From positions 10,201 to 74,200 of the forward strand of contig CAXHJY010001140.1 of assembly GCA_964016885.1 (NCBI GenBank): 64,000 nt of DNA. The letters are read 5' to 3'. This DNA is from Eledone cirrhosa. Taxonomy: Eukaryota. Shown piece by piece: positions 27,495 through 38,700 of the stretch (position 1 is the stretch's first letter; each line of letters opens with the position of its first letter). The notes beneath the pieces were generated by a model. The model was not told the DNA's origin. It saw only the letters and a program-made list of their open reading frames with translations, and ran no database searches. The position numbers and the translations under genes were made by a program.

Positions 27495-30400
27495 ATGATG
27501 TTCCAGAACAAAATAAAAGAGATAATTGGCAATTTAGGTTCTGGAACAAAAAAGATCATTGGCAATAAGGGCAGAGGCCCCAGGTTATCACAGCCTAGGC
27601 CCGCTCGTCATCGTGCCATTGTAATAGAGCCAAACAAGGCATTTAGTCTTGGCTGCTGGAACGTACGGACGCTGCTTGACAGGGATTTCTTGGAGCGTCC
27701 TGAACGAAGGACCGCTCTTGTTGCAAAGGAGCTTCGACTTTACGATCTTGACATCGTGGCTTTATCTGAGACGAGGTTAGCTGGAGATGGTCATCTTACG
27801 GAATTTTGTGGAGAATATACATTCTTCTGGAAAGGAAGAGATGAAGGAACTAGAAGAGAGGCTGGGGTAGGATTTGCTGTTAAGACTACTTGTGAACAAG
27901 TTGGAAGAATTCCTACTAGGGATTAGTGAGCGTCTTATGTCCATGAGAGTTCCGCTGGACAAGGGAATATATGCTACCCTGGTGAGTGTGTATGCTCCAA
28001 CTATGAGTTCTGTCGATGAGGAAAAGGTGTCCTTTTACCATGCCTTGAAATGTGTTTTAAGAAATATCCCTCAGGCAGACAAAGTCATCGTGCTTGGTGA
28101 CTTTAATGCTAGAGTGGGTAGGGATTTTAACACATGGAATGTAATCGGAAGGCATGGGGTGGGAAAGTGTAACATCAATGGTATGCTCCTGCTGCAGATG
28201 TGTGAGGAGCTGGAACTGTGTGTTACCAACACCATGTTCCAACAAAAGAACAAATTCAAGACCACATGGATGCATCCTGCATCTAAGGAATGGCATATTT
28301 TGGACTACATCCTAGTCAGGATGCGTGACAGACAGGATGTGCGGTGTGTTCGTGTTCTTCGTGGAGCTGAGTGCTGGACGGACCACCGCCTGGTACGCGC
28401 AAAAATGAAACTAATCACTAAACGTAAAATCCGGGCTCCTGGTGTTGCCCTGCCCAAACGATTGAATGCTGCTCGTCTTAAGGATAATATGTGAAGAGGA
28501 CATTGGAAGGAGAGATGCAGGCTGCAGATCTTGGTGAGGATTGGCCGACCCTTAAAAAGTCGGTTTATGATGTAGGCAGGCGTGTTCTGGGATTGGCGCA
28601 GAGGAAACATCAGGACTGGTTTGATGAGAATCATGTACATATAGAAGACTTGTTGGCTGATAAGAGGCGTGCTCTGTCACGCTACTTGACGGCAAAACCA
28701 CAGGAGAGGAATACGTTGCATGAGGAACTCAGGGATCTTAAATCACGTGTTAGGCGGAGTCTTTCTCAGATGAAGGATCAGTGGTGGAGTGAGAAGGCTG
28801 GTGAGATACAAACTGCGTCTGATTCCAATAACACAAAGCTGTTGTACAGTCTCATGCGTGAGGTTTATGGACCGTGTTCTTCTCTGGTGACACCGCTTCG
28901 CAGCAATGATGGCAAAGAACATCTTCGTGACTCACAAGGAATTCTACGAAGGTGGCGAGAGCACTTTGATGATCTTTTGAATCAGCCGTCTGTCGTCAGT
29001 GAAGATTTCCTCAATCTCATACCAGAAAGTCCTGTGAAAGCAGCTCTCGCAGAACCTCCGACGCTTGTGGAGGTTGCAGTGGCTATTTCGAAGCTGAACA
29101 GTGGAAGATCTCCAGGTATGGATGGCATACACGCTGAGCTCCTACAATATGGTGGTGAGAGAATCCTGCAACATCTTCACTCTTTGTTTGGCAGGATATG
29201 GGCTAATGAATCCGTACCTGAGGACTGGAGAGATGCAGTAATGGTGGTCTTGTACAAGGGAAAGGGTAACAGGAACGATTGTGGGAACTACAGAGGTATA
29301 TCATTGCTTTCTGTCGTAGGGAAAGTTTTATCTAGGGTTTTATCTGGACCGTCTGCTGACACACATTGCAGATTGTGTTCTTCCTGAAAGTCAATCTGGT
29401 TTTCGTGCTGAACCCGGCACTACTGATATGATCTACTCAGCTAGACAGCTCCAGGAGAAGTGCATGGAACAGGGCTTGGATCTGTATCAGGTTATTGTCG
29501 ATCTGACAAAAGCTTTCGATACTGTTAACAGAGATGCATTATGGAAGGTTCTCCAGAGACTTGGTTGCCCTGATAAGTTCCTTGCTTTAGTTAGGTCTTT
29601 CCATGACGACATGAAGGCTTGGGTTAATGTCGGGGGTAACATGTCGGAGCCTATCTCAGTAATAAAAATGGAGTAAAACAGGGGGATATTCCAGCACCGA
29701 CCCTGTTTGCCATATACTTTGCAATGGTTTTCTGTATTGCATTCAGGAATTGCGAGCATGGTGTTTACATCCGATATCGAACCTCAGGCTGCATATTTAA
29801 CATCAGGCGCTTTGCTGCGAAGACAAAAGTATTTACATCAGTCATAAGAGACCTCTTGTATGCAGATGATTGCGATCTTGTAGCGCACACAGAGAGTGAT
29901 ATGCAGCACGTTTTGAATGCATTTTCTGACGCTTGCACTGCCCTAGGTCTGACTGTCAGTCTCAAGAAAACCGTCGTCATGTACCAATCTGCCCCTGGTA
30001 AGCAGTACACTGAACCAAACATCTATGTGTATGGCAAACGACTTGGAGTGGTTGATCAGTTTGTCTACCTGGGAAGCACTGTCAATCGATACAGCAACCT
30101 TGATGGTGAAATCTCACTTAGGATTAGGAAAGCAAGTGATGCTTTCGGAAAGCTAGAAAGGCGACTCTGGTGTCAGCGAGACATATGCAGGAGGACAAAG
30201 GTAAAGGTGTACAGGGCATGTGTGCTCTCTTGTCTTCTTTATGCCTGCGAGACCTGGGTCACATATCGACACCACCTTAAGCAATTGGAGCGTTTCCATC
30301 AGATGTGTCTCAGACGGATCCATGGCGTTCACTGGAGGGACCACATCAGTGTTGTCGAGATTTTGGAAAGCTCTATGTGTGACAGTATAGAAGCTCTTGT

Positions 30401-31039
30401 GCTTAAGCAACGACTCCGTTGGAGTGGTCACCTTGCCAGGATGAAGGATTCTAGAATACCAAAACAACTCTTTTATGGAGAGTTGGTTAAAGGAAAACGA
30501 CCGCCACATAAACCAAAAAAGAGGTATAAGGATTCCTTGAAAGCCTCTCTGAAAGACGCTAACATCTCTGCTGATACATGGGAGAATATTGCTGCTGATC
30601 GTAATAAATGGAGAAAGACTGTATATGAGGGAAAATTGCCTTTGAGGCATCTCGAATCGCATACGAGAAAGTAAAGCGGGATGTGAGGAAGTGCATTACT
30701 GTTGCACTTCCAGACGGCGAGGGTCCTCCTATGGTGCTGACATGCAGCGTATGTGCGAGACTCTGCCTAAGCAAAGCTGAACTCGAAAGTCATCTTCGCA
30801 GTCATAAAGTAAGACCAGTGGTTGACTACCAGGCTGCTGTTGGAGATGCTACTCATCATGCTTGCCAAACATGTGGTAGAGAATGTAAATCAGCAGGAGG
30901 GCTCAAGCGACATGCAAAAGTACACGAACTCCAACCACAGCCGACTATTCCCAGTAAATGTTTTGGTTGCCGACTCTATGCAAGACATATTAGATCATTG
31001 GCTGGGCTAAAAAGCCACATTCGATCGCAGCGCTGTTAG
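27495..31039 (+). pseudogene. RTE-clade LINE ORF (APE-RT plus C-terminal C2H2 fingers), several frameshifts
   Basis: WNVRTL, ALSETR, VYAPT, GDFNARVG, WMHP, LDY, TDH; SPGMDGI, NYRGISLLS, DLTKAFD, LLYADD, YLGS, RLRWSGH; CSVC..H, CQTC..H...H and a degenerate third finger across six consecutive ORF pieces. Confidence 0.92.
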
Positions 31040-32666
31040 TTGCTATCGTGTGTGTGTGTGTGTAGACATGCTTATGTGTGTGCGTGTGTGTGTATATATA
31101 TATGCATATGTATATTATTATTGTTGTTGTCGTTATTATTATTGTTGTTATTATTATTATTATTATTATTGTTATTAATGTATGCGTTGCTCGGGGTCAT
31201 TAAGTTACCAAAGTTATGTTGCACCACCCATTTTATGGCAGCACTTTTTTGTCTGCCAGGCACTGGGTGAATGAATTGCAGACCTGGAAGCATGAGCTGC
31301 GCCAGCAGTGACAATTGTAGTTTCGCCTATGGATATTATCTCTGTGCAAAAAAGTGTTGAAATTTATTGTTTCACAGTATTTGCGCAACACGCGCGTAGA
31401 CGATGCCAGCCGAACAACAGAGCTGCGATTGAGTTGTTCTGCATGGTTGTCTGTGTGTTTTCTAAATTTAAGACAGTAGGGAGTGGTGTGATATGGGGGA
31501 GAGTTAGCTGCTGTTTCTAGCAGGTTTAGTAACCTCATAGAGGATATGTGTTTTCTAAATTTAAGACAGTAGGTAGTGGTGTAAACGGACAGTATCACCA
31601 TCAAGCTTGGAAAGAGAAAGTAGCAGAAAGTATGAAGTTTTATAGATTTTGAATGGTAGTAGAAAGATTTCATCAGTTTAAATGAGAGAGAAAAATCGGA
31701 AAATATTGAGTTTTATCTATTTTTTGCGTAATCTTGGGTGAAATTGAAAAAATGATCTGCGTCAAGACGCAATCGAAGCTATTTCGATTACTGAATTGTA
31801 AATTTCAATTGAAGAAATTCTATATCGTAGATTTCTATAACGAAGGAGCAGGACCGCACACTGAGCTTTATAGATTATGATAGATATATATGTGTGTGTA
31901 TGTGTGTATGGGGGTGTGTGTGTGTGGGGGGGGGGGGGGGGGGGCGTGTGTGTGTGTGTTTGTGAATGTGTCTGTTGACACCTGGAATATAGCTTAAGAG
32001 AAATTTGAACATAATATGATAGGCACCCCATATTTTGAACTGGTCTATAGAATTATTTTGGCCTTTGTCAATCTAAGTAGAACTTTAATGAATTAGCTTT
32101 TAATGAATTTCCCTTTTCTTTAAATCCTTCAATCATGACCGACCCCAACGATCTTATAGACACCTCAAATATAGGCATTGTTAGCTTAAGTGAAACTTAA
32201 AAATAAGGAGTGGCACCCCAATCTGAACTTGTTTATAGAATTCTTTCTGCCTTTGTCACTCTAAATATAAATTATAGCTTAAAAGAATTAGCTTTTAATG
32301 AATTCCCTTTTCTATCAAGCAATGACATCTACCGATCCCACTCCCCACCCTCTCCTACCACCTGAAAAGACCTATATATACCACTTTATTTTTGGATACC
32401 CAGATTCCTGAATGAAACAGTTCTAGTCCTGTAGAATCTCATCTATATTAAAACTTATATATACATATATATATATATAATAAATTTGAAGACTAAAATA
32501 CAAAGAGACCTCAATAAGGATAAATATATATCAAATATGTATGAACCGTAGAGCAAATATTTATCCATAGCTTCAGAATACCCCGTTAAGGGTGAAAGCA
32601 GCTTTAACTTTTATCTGTTATTTTAATAAATACAGATATGCATCTATATCTATATATATATCTATA

Positions 32667-32712
<46 letters not shown>

Positions 32713-32718
<6 letters not shown>

Positions 32719-33258
32719 CAAAGTTAGTCCTTCATCAGTGATGTTCCAACCATCATTGGTATTTCATCGCTTTAAAGACCATATACGTCCGGTTGGTGCA
32801 AGCAACGACTAAAACAAGTCGTTGGGACACGTAAATAAAGGGGACACGAGAGTGTAAACAAACAAAGATGGTGAAGCAACGAAAAGTGAGGAAGAAGCAG
32901 TCAATCCCAACTCCCGTTAGACCTGTACGGAATTCCTTCCTCGCTCACATTCTAACCAGGTTTGATGGTCTTTATTCTCTTTCGTTCACGATTTCACCGA
33001 ACTTATATTCATTGGAATTTGGGACTTGACTCTTCTTCCTCACTTTTTGTTGCTTCACCATCTTTGTTTGTTTACACTCTCGTGTCCCCTTTATTTATTT
33101 ACGTGTCCCAACGACCTTTTTTAGCCGTTGCTCGCACCAACCGGAGGTATATGGTCCTTAAAGCGATGAAATTCCAATGATGGTTGGAAGATCACTGATG
33201 AAGGATTAACTTTATTCATATGTAACCCATTAGCAACCACGCAGCACGTTTATTCTCA
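32713..33258 (+). mobile_element. Fold-back insertion (family C, putative PLE pLTR)
   Basis: About 200-bp inverted arms 32713-32914/33014-33220, short tail on the right arm, (TA)n on both sides; no coding remnant seen. Confidence 0.7.
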
Positions 33259-34000
33259 TATATATATATATATATATAGGAACGAGTAGGACCCCGACGG
33301 CTGAGCTCAAGTCGTTTCGACAGCTAATTCTGGACTAAATGAAAATGTTTATCCTGTTAAATCAATAGCCGAACTTCTCAGGGGGTAATTCCATATACGG
33401 TAAAAGTGATTGTCACACGGATTGGTCAAAAGTTTGTTGTTGAGACACATGATTCTATCATGGCATTTTGCGGAAGGTAGGGGTAGCTGAACTTGCCAGT
33501 AGAAGAAAGAGAGAGAGGGAGTGGAGGAAATCCAGTCGAGCGTTGAAAGTGACAACTACAGCAGATTCTAAGGATAAGAGGTTGAAAAAAGTATACTAGA
33601 GAAGGGGAGGGGGAGGAAGTCGAAACAATACGTAAATATATATGGAGTAAATATATAGAAAAATATAAGAAATATTAAAAATATAAACAAAAAAAACAAC
33701 AATTTCTGGTTACTATTCCCCTTCCACAATCATCAAATCTCTCACTAGTACTGCTAAGCTATAGACAAGTTTAATAGGTAGGACGGAATACTAAATACGA
33801 GATTGTAGTGAAAGAATTTCATGAGTTAGTAGTAATCGGCCAAATCTATCTTACAATAGTAGTAATCGGCCAAATCGATCTTACAATGACAGATCAACAG
33901 TGGGGGGCAAAATACTAAAGAGAAAACTAAAAAAAAAACCTAATACGAAATAATAATTCAGAGTCCCGAAACAAATACGAAGTATTAATTCAGAATCCCG

Positions 34001-34274
34001 AGCATAAGTTACACGGACGGCGTCCTCCCGTGTAAGAGTTCGCTCTGGACAGTAAGCTCCAAGTGAGATTATAGGTTATATTGTTATCTTTGAGGTCCCA
34101 TATGTAGCCCGAATGTGTAGTTGCTTGATGCCGGGCCGGGTTTCGGAAAGTAAGTCTGTGTTGGTATAGCCGAGTTTTGAAGTCACAAGCGGATAATCCT
34201 ATATAAGATTTGTTGTATGTGTCCGTCCTCACGTTGAACTGGTAGATCACATTACGATCTCTGCATCTGTTGTC
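34001..34274 (-). pseudogene. Inverted GIY-YIG segment of family D
   Basis: DNRCRDRNVIYQFNV...SYIGLSACDFKTRLYQHRLTF...YIWDLK...LTWSLL...PCNLCS; continues on the + strand from 34273 as SEETLQMLF..LNKKDELVTACKH. Confidence 0.85.
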
Positions 34275-35517
34275 GGAGGAAACATTACAAATGCTGTTTT
34301 CGACGGAACAACTAAACAAGAAAGACGAACTAGTAACTGCATGCAAACACAGATTGCGTAGGACTTACCTCGCCCTCAAACCCCATAATGACCCGGGGGG
34401 AGGGGGTAGACAAGGGATGAAACACCCCACTTGCCGACTTTGTAATGGGTAACCCCTGCTTACAAAGGTAGACATAACGTTTTTGTATGGATTTTCTTAT
34501 ATATTTGTTATCGTTTCCTCTATATTTCCTTCTTCCCCCATCCCTTCCTAGTCCTTCCACCACAGATCTCCTTCTTTGTCGTCGTTCTTTTCACATTCTC
34601 GCCCACCCCGATGCAGCCCTTCGGTCCTCTTTAGCCTCAGTACCCCACCCCACTTATTCTATGATAGAATTGGGCGATTCCGCTTTTTATAGCAGATGTT
34701 CTACACCCCAGATACTTGCTTTCTTCTCTGATTGGTACCACATTTCCGTGATTTTTAGATTTCTTAGTGGTATTTCTGCTTTAATTTCTCGTATACCAGT
34801 ATTTTTGGGGGGATTCTGAATTCATTTTTCGTATTAGTTTTTCATATATATCGTACGAGCATTTATGTAGTTTGTATTAACATTTAAGTATTGTAGCAGT
34901 ACTCAGATATATCGTATTAGTATTCATGTTTCGGGATTCTGAATTAATACTTCGTATTAGTTTCGGGTCTCTGAATTATTATTTCGTATTAGGTTTCTTT
35001 TTTTTGTTTTTTTTTTGTTATTATTTTGGCCCCCTATTTGTTGACCTGTCATTGTAAGATAGATTTGGTCGATTACTACTAACTCATAAAATTATTTCCC
35101 TACAATCTCGTATTTAGTATTCCGTCCCACCTATTAAACTTTTCTATAGCTTAGCAGTACCAGTGAGAGATTTGATGGTTGTGGAAGGGGAATAGTAACC
35201 AGATGTTGTGGGTTTTTTTATATTTTTAATTTTTTAAATATTTTTCTATATATTTACTCCATATAGATTTACTTATTGTTTCGACTTCCTCCCCCTCCCC
35301 TTCTCTAGTATACTTTTTTCAACCTCTTATCCTTAGAATCTGTTGTAGTTGTCACTTTCAACGCTCGACTGGATTTCCTCCACTTCCTCTCTCTCTTTCT
35401 TCTACTGGCAAGTTCAGCTACCCCTACCTTCCACAAAATGCCATGATAGAATCATGTGTCTCAACAACAAACTTTTGACCAATCCGTGTGACAATCACTT
35501 TTACCGTATATGGAATT

Positions 35518-35613
35518 ACCCCCTGATAAGTTCGGCTATTCATTTAACAGGATAAACATTTTCATTTAGTCCAGAATAAGCCGTCGAAACGGCTTGAGCT
35601 CAGCCGTCGGGGT
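35518..35613 (+). ncRNA. Variant hammerhead-like motif of family D (mirror copy 33291-33386, minus strand)
   Basis: ACCCC-CTGATAA-long stem II (CGGCT..AGCCG)-GAAA-CGGCT tgagctc AGCCG-TC-GGGGT; position 8 is A in both copies. Confidence 0.6.
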
Positions 35614-35716
35614 CCTACTCGTTCCTATTACACACTCTACTACCTTTAGTATTGAGTACTTTGGTGCGTTATGGTCCATCTGGTTCCTTACCACATTTCC
35701 TTCGATATATATATAT

Positions 35717-35757
<41 letters not shown>

Positions 35758-38700
35758 GGTTTTATATTGATTTTGGTTGTAGTGATATTCGTACACTGTG
35801 TGAAACGTAGGTGTTTATAATTGAGTGTTTGTATTTTTGAACGGTGTGTAATATATATATATATATATATATAGTATCAACACTTTTTTTATGAATGAGG
35901 ATGCGGTGGAACGAGGTTCAACAGTCAGGGAAACCTTTCTCTCTTGAATAATAGTAAACATAATACTATATTATATGTCGGGTAATCATATTTCCCATAA
36001 TTAATAATTGAGGTTTTAGGTTTTGCTGATTAGAAAGGAGAACGTGTTGTTAAGTTATTACCATTAGATATCTTTATATTGTGATACGGTTCTAGTAAAA
36101 TTATTCCCTCTTTTAAGTCATTAATTTGTCTTGCAATATTTGCCTTGAGAAATCCTGCGTTTGTTATCAACAGCTCACCATGATGTTTATTTCTGTTATT
36201 TCTGTTATGCCTCTCTTTGAACGACTCACATAATTAGTGAAGCAATCAAAAACAACTTTCTTTTGAAATGTTTTAGAAATAATTATCAATTGCTACTTCA
36301 TTGAAATAACACAATTCTCATCATCCCTTTACAGTCACCGAAATCCATGGTAAGGTATCGTTTATGTGACATTTCTATTCTAAATTATGGTAATTTCCTT
36401 GACATTCTTTAATCATTCTTTTTTTTTCTCGAGCAGATTTACAGTTCATGTTTTGAAGAGGAAACTACATGTATTAATTATTAATTGGCTGTTATGACTG
36501 CCCACCTCTTTATTTTCACTAATGAAATATAAACAATCGTGCATGTCATTAGCTACATTTCGATTCCTTATATATTGTTTTGCTCTTGGACTTCCTGTTT
36601 TTTGTATGTGTGCCAATGGCTCGGGCTGGTGATATTAAGGTCGAAACTTTGTTACAGTGTAGATGGAACGTAATCCTGTCGGATTTCACGAAAAGTCTTC
36701 CAGTTTGATAAACGAAAGTAGCTGTTCACGGAATTGACGTGCAAGTGACCAAACATCACCTAGACATATATGATATGAATATAATTCTCAGAGGTACTCA
36801 GTATAATACAGTTTATGACAATACTGTCTTTTGATTTACAGCTACAAAGCATCCGACGGTGTTTCGAGCAGTTTCCAACTAATCACAAAGCCCGATTATG
36901 TGGTAAACGTTATGAAGTGCAATCAAACCCGAGGCCTAAAATACGGCAAAGAGAACTATTTGGTCTTGCTGCATCCAGAGATATGAGTAAATGTTTACAC
37001 ACAACAGAAACGATTGAGGATAATATACTAGTTGATAGAATGTCAATACTACGTTCCTGCTATTCATTATTTACATATGCATCATTACATCCATGATGTT
37101 TAACTACATTTAATAAATATATATATATATGATGATTTACATAAACTTTATTTAGACAATTTCATTATGAGTCTACCGATTCATTAAATATCAGGCAAAA
37201 TGATTAAATGCGAAAATATATAGCTGTTGAACATCATTTATGAGCGATTTAGTCGTCCTTTTTTTCATTATAACATATGAGTTTCTATCATTTATCTTAC
37301 ATCGAAAGACGACATTATCTGTAGAACCACTAGGGCAGTGATTTGTCAGTAGTGTATTGAAGAAATGCTTTGCGTTATTTGTTTCGCCTCAATATTTTCT
37401 GAGTTAAAAACAACCCAATTTCCACTTTCCCTTTCGTACTTTCAACACCAATTAATAGAATTACCAATTAAGAAATGGAACCCATATAAAGAACTTCCTG
37501 TTACATTCCAAAAGTCAAGCCTTGTCGCTAAGATAGAAAACATTATCTGTTGAGGCTCAAAGATATAGGTTTGCATGATCGTTTCTGCACCGGGAAAATA
37601 TTTTGAAGTATTTATCTGCGCTGGAATACTACCAAGATCGAATTTACGTTTCATCAAAGTATAGTCAAATAAATATATGATGATTTTTGACTGTGTAGTC
37701 ATATATAGAGAGGGGAAAACAAATATACATAGAAACTATGATGTTTTTTACATTAAGTAGTGTTGGCGACTATATGGATTTCGAATATCCACTGCTTAAA
37801 GAATCACTGCCTTTGTGCCTAAATTAGAAACTATTATTTCTATATTTTCTATGACCAAGGAGAAAGTTTACATTGATAGATTCGCAAACCTCGTAAGAAG
37901 AGGATATCTCCAAACGCTGTACTGACAGGTAATTCGTCTATTTATTACTTCTTTCGTATTTTGATCTTCGACGAGAGCGTCTTCTTCTAATCACCTCATA
38001 CTAAACTTGTTTATCTTGCAACTTCCTTCGAAAATATTGAGTCGAAAACGAGAATTGTAGGATATATAAAAGACGGGTTACTGAGTGAGAAAGAGGAATA
38101 AAATAACGAGAAGGGAAGGGTTTAGATCACACATTTTAATACGTACACAGAGAGATATTTAGGACAGCGGATTTGGAATAATATTAAATAGGCATTCAAT
38201 TCATATTGATGTTGATGGTACTCCTCTCGATAAGAACATTCTGGTTTCAAGACCTGGGTAGACATGACTATGCTTAAAGTGCCTTTGAATAAAAAAACAG
38301 TGAATACTGAAAATTATAAACAGTTATATGTTTCGAATTTCAATTATTTTTATGAATGCAACTCCATACTTAAAGGGACGATGTATGTAGATTTGGTAAC
38401 ATGGGACATGTGTAACCAAATTGATACCTGAATCTTACCTAGAACTTGATACTTACCTGTCTAATTCAGGTAAACTTTATTACGAATTTGAAAAATGGTA
38501 CCATTCATTGATAGACCCCCCCCCCACCACCACCAATAATATGAAAAGGTTATATGCTACAGCATTAAACAAATCTCCCATCACATATCATTGTTACTCT
38601 AGCAGCTATGGTGCATGAATGAAATATTCTCACTTGATACACCTTTTATTAACACTATGAATTTATTCTCACTTTGTTCTCACTTGTAAATAATGACTAT

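Larger units (their letters stand above)
33277..35704 (+). mobile_element. 5'-truncated PLE (family D) with inverted pLTR
   Basis: About 700-bp inverted arms 33277-34000/34931-35628, GIY-YIG remnant between them, tail 35629-35704, (TA)n on both sides. Confidence 0.9.

Noticed and set aside
21826-30774. Antisense and alternative-frame ORFs over the two LINEs
   Set aside because: Shadow ORFs of GC-richer coding sequence with no motifs.
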